Source: Chlamydiales bacterium
GTDB lineage: Bacteria; Chlamydiota; Chlamydiia; Chlamydiales; JBDQID01
Length of the DNA stretch: 13,610 bases
Direction: 5' to 3'
Assembly: GCA_047611865.1 (NCBI GenBank)
Contig: JBLFWS010000089.1
Location: forward strand, 1 to 13,610
Program-made: the position numbers and the translations under genes
The notes under the pieces: generated by a model
Told to the model about the DNA's origin: nothing
Databases searched by the model: none
The model's input: the letters and a program-made list of their open reading frames with translations, nothing else
Part shown: piece after piece, positions 8,399 to 13,610 of the stretch
How positions within the stretch are numbered: position 1 is the stretch's first letter
Layout of the letters: each line of letters begins with the position of its first letter

Positions 8399-8859
8399 AG
8401 GAACCTTTACACAGTAGTTTTTAAACCTTTCAGTGCTTTGCACCCCTAGCTCAGTTAAAATAAATCATATTAAGAACTTCCCCAAAAGTCCAGTTATATC
8501 CTTGTACCTCGTTTTTTGAAAGTCTTATAGACCCTTTAATGAGGCAAATTTTATTGGAGAGTTTCTTTTAAGCTCTCTCTTGAATCATACTTTTAAAATG
8601 AAAAAGTGCCCTGTGATACCCTCTAAAGCACAACCCACCCCTTCTCAGCCGTATTTATGTTCAAAAAACACCAAAATCCGTAGAATTACTGAAAAAACAT
8701 GCACTAACGAAAAATATTTTTACAGAAAAGCGTTTCTTTTTATTTTTTTCCTCCGAAAGCCTCATTTTCCAAATACCTTTCTAGAATACCCTCTCAAGCC
8801 TTTTTTATTTAAAAGATTTCTGTAATAAGGCAATCTTTTGAAAAGTAGAAAAAAATATT

Positions 8860-8887
8860 TTGCAAAAAAATCTAGCACTTATATATT
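8860..8887 (+). promoter_or_regulatory. Candidate sigma70/sigma66-type promoter for hctA
   Basis: TTGCAA (8860-8865), 16 nt spacer, TATATT (8882-8887), about 60 nt upstream of the ATG and preceded by an A/T tract. The region is AT-rich, so a chance match is possible. Confidence 0.35.
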
Positions 8888-8930
8888 TAAAGTTAATATT
8901 CACTTAGTTGTGAACCTACTTTCAACAATT

Positions 8931-8938
8931 AGAAGGAG
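8931..8938 (+). promoter_or_regulatory. Shine-Dalgarno sequence of hctA
   Basis: AGAAGGAG ends 8 nt before ATG 8947. Confidence 0.8.
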
Positions 8939-8946
8939 TTCTTGGC

Positions 8947-9360
8947 ATGGCACTGAAAACAACAATTACCCAACTCAAACGGCTTCTAGAAGATGCCAGA
9001 CTTGACTTGGAAAAAGCGGAATCTGGTAACAAAGCAGCTTCCCAACGCGTACGTACTGGGACTATTAAGCTAGAAAAAGTTGCTAAAACTTACCGCAAAG
9101 AGTCTATTACAGACGAAAAGAAAAACAAAGGGAAACAAGCTAAGCCGAAGGCTAAAGCAAAATCTAAGGCTGCTGCTAAAAAGAAAGCTGCTCCTAAAAG
9201 AGCTGCTCCTAAGAAAGCTGCACCTAAGAAAGCTGCTCCTAAGAAAGCTGCACCTAAGAAAGCTGCTCCAAAGAAAGCTGCTCCAAAGAAAAAAGCTGCT
9301 TCGCGTCCTACTGGCAGAAAAGCTACAGCAAGAGTACCAAGAAGAAGATCAGCTAGATAA
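8947..9360 (+). CDS. hctA: Chlamydial histone H1-like nucleoid-condensing protein Hc1
   Basis: The N-terminus MALK...DLEKAESGNKAASQRVRTGTIKLEKVAKTYRKESI is the Hc1 signature, followed by a Lys/Ala/Pro-rich tail. Strong RBS upstream and terminator downstream. Confidence 0.95.
   Translation: MALKTTITQLKRLLEDARLDLEKAESGNKAASQRVRTGTIKLEKVAKTYRKESITDEKKNKGKQAKPKAKAKSKAAAKKKAAPKRAAPKKAAPKKAAPKKAAPKKAAPKKAAPKKKAASRPTGRKATARVPRRRSAR
9181..9285 (+). repeat. 15-bp tandem repeat x7 (AAGAAAGCTGCWCCW) encoding KKAAP within hctA
   Basis: Units start at 9181, 9196 (KRAAP), 9211, 9226, 9241, 9256 and 9271, followed by a degenerate KKKAA. Confidence 0.97.
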
Positions 9361-9395
9361 TTTCTCGGCAGAGTTTTTTCTCTTCAACAAGTTAC

Positions 9396-9429
9396 GAGGA
9401 AGACAATTTCCATTGTCTTCCTCTTTTTT
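9396..9429 (+). terminator. Rho-independent terminator of hctA
   Basis: Perfect 12-bp stem GAGGAAGACAAT / ATTGTCTTCCTC, loop TTCC, followed by TTTTTT, 35 nt after the stop codon. Confidence 0.92.
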
Positions 9430-9965
9430 ATTCCTCTCTTTCCTAAGAATACGCCTGGACTCAGCGCTCCTGATCATCCTTTGTCATTTATAATTATACT
9501 CAATGCGGCTTAGTTTAACGCTTGTCTGCACCAATCTAACACTTCTGTGGAAGTGTGGAGATCTCAGCTACTAGTTTAAGTATGTTGGAAATCCCCATTT
9601 ATCTAGAATCTAGATTTTATTGGGAATTGCTATCAACAACTCCTACCTTCATGTGAATATCCCCTCCCTTCTGCCCAAAACCCTAGACTTCAAAAATGTC
9701 ACAGCTAGCGGGCGTATAGGTTTTGTATATACGCAGAAAAGTGAATTAGGCATTTTGAGTAAAATAGGTGAGAATTTTGAATTACATAAAAAAAAGGGCA
9801 TGGTTCAATTCAAGGTAACACTTTTTCCTAAGCCTATAGGCTGTCTGACCAAAATCTCGGATGACTTAAGAGAAGTGAAGGAATTTGTGCTTATGTAACT
9901 GAGTCATGCCCGATCTTCTAAAAATGCAGGGTATCAAAATTGATAAATGTTTTGTTCTTTGCTTA

Positions 9966-10255
9966 TATTGGAGAGGTGCCACTACCGTGGCACAGAATCT
10001 TTTTTTCCTATCCCCGATCTAAAGCACGGGGCTATCAAGAGGGAAGACCACTACCGTGGGCTTAAGAAGAAATCACCTATACACCCCTCTCCAACAAAGA
10101 AATAAAATTATCCCATTATTAGCTAATTTGAATAAGCCGGCTATGGATAACTCCTAATAGCCATGGTAGTGGCTCTGTCTCCAAATAGCCCTGTGCTTTA
10201 GCTCAGGGGATGAACGATACACATTTCGTGCCACGGTAGTGGCACCTCTCCAATA
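9966..10255. repeat. Composite inverted repeat: two ~95-100 bp arms, each hairpinA-hairpinB-hairpinA', around an AT-rich ~95 bp core (REP/BIME- or MITE-like)
   Basis: 9966-9993 TATTGGAGAGGTGCCACTACCGTGGCAC is the exact reverse complement of 10228-10255. Inner modules ATCCCCGATCTAAAGCACGGGGCTAT (10010-10035) and CCACTACCGTGG (10048-10059) have inverted, slightly diverged counterparts at about 10185-10211 and 10161-10172. Confidence 0.9.
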
Positions 10256-10392
10256 CTTCAAGAACAGGTAGCTTAAGCATAGCTTTACTTTTCTCGATTT
10301 AGCCTTCGCAATTTTGGCAATTAGACATATTCTAACGGCATGATCCCACAACCCTTTTTGTTACCTAAAAAAGCCTCTTTCTGAACCATCCC

Positions 10393-10421
10393 AAAAAAAG
10401 AGCGACGAAAATCGTCGCTCT
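10393..10421 (-). terminator. Rho-independent terminator of hppA
   Basis: 10-bp stem AGAGCGACGA / TCGTCGCTCT with a 3-nt loop and an A7 run on the left (a U-tract on the minus strand), about 30 nt downstream of the hppA stop. Confidence 0.88.
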
Positions 10422-10450
10422 CCAAGGGATTCGTTACTTTTTGCTCTAAC

Positions 10451-12430
10451 TTATCCGACAAAAATCTTGATAAATACCAATGAAACTATAGACATAAGCT
10501 TAATCAAGATATTAAGGCTAGGGCCGCTAGTGTCTTTCAGAGGATCTCCAACAGTATCGCCAATTATAGCAGCTTTGTGAGGCTCTGAGCCTTTACCACC
10601 ACAATTTCCTGCCTCAATATATTTCTTAGCATTATCCCAAGCACCTCCTGAATTAGCCATCGCTATAGCCAGCAGAACACCTGTCGTAAGAGATCCAGCG
10701 AGAAAGCCTCCTAATGGCTCCAATCCCAAGATGACTCCTACCACAATAGGACTGAGAATAGCCAAAACACCAGGGGCTACCATCTCTCTAATTGCCGATT
10801 TTGTGGATATATCTACGCATTGAGTATAATTTGGTTTCGAAGTACCTGCTAAGATACCTGGGTCTTCTCGGAATTGCCTTCTCACCTCTTCGATCATCTC
10901 AAATGCGGCTCTCCCTACAGCTTTTATAGACAGGCTACAAAATACAAACGGAAGCATCCCTCCCAAAAGTAAACCCATCATCACTTTTGGTTTTGTCAAG
11001 CTGATAACCGTCAAATGAGATTCTGTGGCGAAGGTAGAAAAGAAAGCCAACGCCGTCAAGGCAGCAGACCCAATAGCAAAACCTTTACCAATAGCAGCCG
11101 TTGTATTTCCAACTGAATCCAAAATATCAGTTCTTTTACGAACCACCTCATCAAGACCTGCCATCTCGGCAATTCCTCCGGCATTGTCAGCCACGGGGCC
11201 GTAAGCATCGACTGCGAGACTTATGCCCAAAGTACTCAGCATGCCCACTGCTGCAATAGCAATGCCATACAGTCCTGCCGAACTAAACCCGAGGAATATA
11301 GTCGCCACAATAACCAAAATGGGCATGGCAGTACTTCCTAAACCTATAGCCAAACCTTCTATAATGTTTGTGGCTGCACCAGTCTTTGAGCTTTCGACAA
11401 TTTGCTTTACTGGTGGATAGCTCGAAGAGGTATAATATTCTGTAAACCACCCTATCAAGACTCCAGAAACCAAGCCCCCAATAGTTGCCCAAAATGGACC
11501 TAGTGAATCAAAAAGGCACCAACTCAAGCCAAATGCGGCTAACGCAACAACAATATTACTTACTATCAAAGCTCGTCTCAAGGCTTTGTGTATACCATGC
11601 TCGTCATCTGCTTTCACAAAAAAGACGCCGATAATACTGCCAACTATTCCCACTGATGCCAATGCCAAGGGATAATACAAGCCATCCGCTCCGTGAGAAA
11701 GAAGCCCAAGAGCCATTGCTGCAATAATACTGCCTACATAACTTTCAAAAAGATCTGCACCCATTCCGGCTACATCACCCACATTGTCCCCTACATTATC
11801 TGCAATAACTGCAGGGTTACGTGGATCATCTTCTGGAATACCACTTTCTATCTTTCCTACCAGGTCAGCTCCAACATCGGCGGCTTTTGTAAATATCCCT
11901 CCACCGACGCGGGCAAACAAAGCTACGGAGCTTGCTCCAAAACTCATTCCGAAAAGCACTTTAGGGTCTTCAAACATTTGATAAAGAACTAAAATCCCTA
12001 ACATGCCAAGCCCAACAACACTTAAACCAAGTACCGATCCAGAAGAAAAGGCAATGTTTAGAGCTTCATTCAGAGAACTTTTTGCGGCATTAGCGGTCCG
12101 AACATTGGCAATTGTAGCCACTTTCATTCCAATAAATCCAGCGATCGCAGAGCACAAAGCTCCGACTAAAAATGCGATTCCTGTTCTCCCGTCGATAAGA
12201 GCGATCAGAACAAGGAACACCACAAGAACAAACATAGAAAGTAGACGATACTCTCGCTTTAGGAAAGCATCCGATCCCTCCCGAATCATATCCGAGATTT
12301 CTACCATCTTTGCATCGCCCGGATCATATTGCTTCATTCTATAGAAGGTATAGATGACATAAACAAATGCTATAACTACCGAAGCATAGAATAAAGTAAA
12401 TGAAGAGGCCAAAAACAAATCAGTCAGCAT
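10451..12430 (-). CDS. hppA: Membrane-integral cation-translocating pyrophosphatase, K+-dependent, probably Na+-pumping
   Basis: Signature motifs [88 protein letters not shown] and [21 protein letters not shown]. Many TM helices; GGGG RBS upstream. Confidence 0.97.
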   Translation of the reverse strand: MLTDLFLASSFTLFYASVVIAFVYVIYTFYRMKQYDPGDAKMVEISDMIREGSDAFLKREYRLLSMFVLVVFLVLIALIDGRTGIAFLVGALCSAIAGFIGMKVATIANVRTANAAKSSLNEALNIAFSSGSVLGLSVVGLGMLGILVLYQMFEDPKVLFGMSFGASSVALFARVGGGIFTKAADVGADLVGKIESGIPEDDPRNPAVIADNVGDNVGDVAGMGADLFESYVGSIIAAMALGLLSHGADGLYYPLALASVGIVGSIIGVFFVKADDEHGIHKALRRALIVSNIVVALAAFGLSWCLFDSLGPFWATIGGLVSGVLIGWFTEYYTSSSYPPVKQIVESSKTGAATNIIEGLAIGLGSTAMPILVIVATIFLGFSSAGLYGIAIAAVGMLSTLGISLAVDAYGPVADNAGGIAEMAGLDEVVRKRTDILDSVGNTTAAIGKGFAIGSAALTALAFFSTFATESHLTVISLTKPKVMMGLLLGGMLPFVFCSLSIKAVGRAAFEMIEEVRRQFREDPGILAGTSKPNYTQCVDISTKSAIREMVAPGVLAILSPIVVGVILGLEPLGGFLAGSLTTGVLLAIAMANSGGAWDNAKKYIEAGNCGGKGSEPHKAAIIGDTVGDPLKDTSGPSLNILIKLMSIVSLVFIKIFVG

Positions 12431-12528
12431 TGCTGTCCCCTGTGTATGTTGTCAGTACAAAACTGTTTACTTCATTACATATCACAAATCGGGAGACTGT
12501 TCAAAAGTTTTTTTTAACTAAAAGAAGG

Positions 12529-13610
12529 CTAGCTGCCGTTCTGGCTCTGTAAGCTCCGAGCAAAAGCTTCATCTCGATCAAGATCGGCCTCAACTTCCAA
12601 GTCTAATTCAATAGGGTCGTAACCTAATTTCCCCGGAATATCTCTTAGTAGGCTACGAATGGAACTGACGCAATTAAAGTGTTCTGGAATAGCCAAATTT
12701 ACCTGAACTAAATCCCCCTCGCCCATCTGAACCCATTCAAGTTTATCAGCTATATCTGTTAATAGAATGGTTTGGGACCTTAACAGCATCAATTTTTCTT
12801 CACTCATTCTATCAGGACTCTCCATTAACTCAAAATTTTCAAGAACTCCTCTAAGAAACCCCGTAACCTCTTGCAGATTATAAACATCCTTAGAATTTAA
12901 TTCTTTAATCGCGTGCCATGATCTCAAAAATGGCCCCTCTTCCTCTAATCCTAATGAATCAATTAGACTATTCAGCTTGTTTCCGCTTACAAAGTCAAAA
13001 GAGCATATCTTTTTTACAAATATCTCACGGGCATCTATCATTATCTGCGAAATGCTTTCAGTATTTGCATCACTAAGATTAGGAAGAGCCTCTAAATTTT
13101 GCAAAGTAGCAATCAGTTCTTCCATGGATTTTTCTAAGGAATTCAAATCATCGGATTTTTGAATTTTAGCCTTTCCTAGCATTTCAAATTGCTTAATTAG
13201 CTGCTGGAAAGTTTGCCCCATCTTTTCGTCAAATTGAGCATCCGGGAAATTTTGATAAAATTTACTGACACTTACACCGAAAGAAACAAAATCTTCTTCA
13301 ACAAAAATTCCTTCCCGAAAAGGATAAGTACCTAAAAAGTCTTTTAACTCTTTATCCAGCAAGCGCTCCCAACTATCTTTCTGTTCAGTTAGATCTTTTA
13401 TGACAATACTGTAGTAATCATAGAGAGATTGCATTTCGCCAAAAGCATTTAAGTCTTTTTTCTTTTTGATTAATGCCAGCCAACTTGAAAAGCCTTCTTC
13501 TATCAACAGCTCTGTATGTCGCTTGATATCAACAGTTGGATCTCTCCTTGAAGGGAATTTTTTAATTTCTAAAGAAACCTTTTCTAACAAGCCCAAGACA
13601 AGCTCAAAAG
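12529..13610 (-). CDS. Hypothetical alpha-helical acidic protein, 3' part only (possible secreted effector)
   Basis: Open frame of at least 355 codons. The frame stays open from the TTG at 13596 to the window edge (...F-E-L-V-L-G-L-L-E-K), so the real start is probably outside the window. It is rich in L/E/K/D/S, has no domain I recognise, and ends in DRDEAFARSLQSQNGS. Confidence 0.75.
   Translation of the reverse strand, partial: FELVLGLLEKVSLEIKKFPSRRDPTVDIKRHTELLIEEGFSSWLALIKKKKDLNAFGEMQSLYDYYSIVIKDLTEQKDSWERLLDKELKDFLGTYPFREGIFVEEDFVSFGVSVSKFYQNFPDAQFDEKMGQTFQQLIKQFEMLGKAKIQKSDDLNSLEKSMEELIATLQNLEALPNLSDANTESISQIMIDAREIFVKKICSFDFVSGNKLNSLIDSLGLEEEGPFLRSWHAIKELNSKDVYNLQEVTGFLRGVLENFELMESPDRMSEEKLMLLRSQTILLTDIADKLEWVQMGEGDLVQVNLAIPEHFNCVSSIRSLLRDIPGKLGYDPIELDLEVEADLDRDEAFARSLQSQNGS

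Noticed and set aside
8580..8825. 81-aa ORF in the divergent intergenic region
   Set aside because: Low-complexity K/F-rich translation of AT-rich promoter DNA, with a TTG start and no RBS.
9181..9285. CRISPR or mobile-element interpretation of the 15-bp repeat
   Set aside because: The units are contiguous without spacers, in frame, and vary almost only at synonymous positions, so this is a coding repeat.
9080..9493. 137-aa plus-strand ORF with LLLRK repeats
   Set aside because: It is an alternative-frame shadow of the hctA 15-bp repeat and runs through the hctA terminator.
9620..9898. 92-aa ORF (TTG start)
   Set aside because: No RBS and no recognisable motif, so it cannot be supported as a gene, although a decayed gene is not excluded.
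9966..10255. CRISPR array interpretation of the palindromic repeats
   Set aside because: The repeats are inverted rather than direct, are of two alternating types, have spacers of only about 11-17 nt, and there are no cas genes in the window.
10154..10351. 65-aa minus-strand ORF
   Set aside because: It reads through the right arm of the inverted repeat and starts just past the hppA terminator, so it is most likely spurious.
12492..12512. GAGACTGTTCAAAAG, loosely like an IS5-family terminal repeat
   Set aside because: I found no partner inverted copy or transposase in the window, and it is too short to support.
11223..13162. Short ORFs overlapping hppA and the last CDS
   Set aside because: Antisense or alternative-frame shadows of real genes.

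Overview
Bacterial genomic window that, from its gene content (an Hc1/HctA histone-like gene next to yajC, an RlmD-type methyltransferase and a large TPR gene), most likely comes from an environmental member of the phylum Chlamydiota (inference). The left 8.4 kb is a tightly packed minus-strand run: giant signal-peptide TPR protein > ExbB/TolQ/MotA-family > ExbD/TolR-family > TonB-like protein > small membrane-anchored Cys4 zinc-ribbon protein > rlmD > tgt > yajC (cut by the window edge). Divergently transcribed is hctA, with a 7x KKAAP tandem-repeat tail and a strong terminator. A ~1 kb apparently non-coding gap follows, containing a composite ~290 bp inverted-repeat element built from two alternating hairpin modules (REP/BIME-like). 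Then come, on the minus strand, a K+-dependent (probably Na+-pumping) membrane pyrophosphatase and the 3' part of an unknown helical protein ending in a MIU-like ubiquitin-binding motif. The best candidates for undescribed biology are the TPR-ExbBD-TonB-like-Zn-ribbon ion-driven motor module, a Tgt that has lost 3 of 4 structural zinc ligands, the REP-like element and the putative effector.
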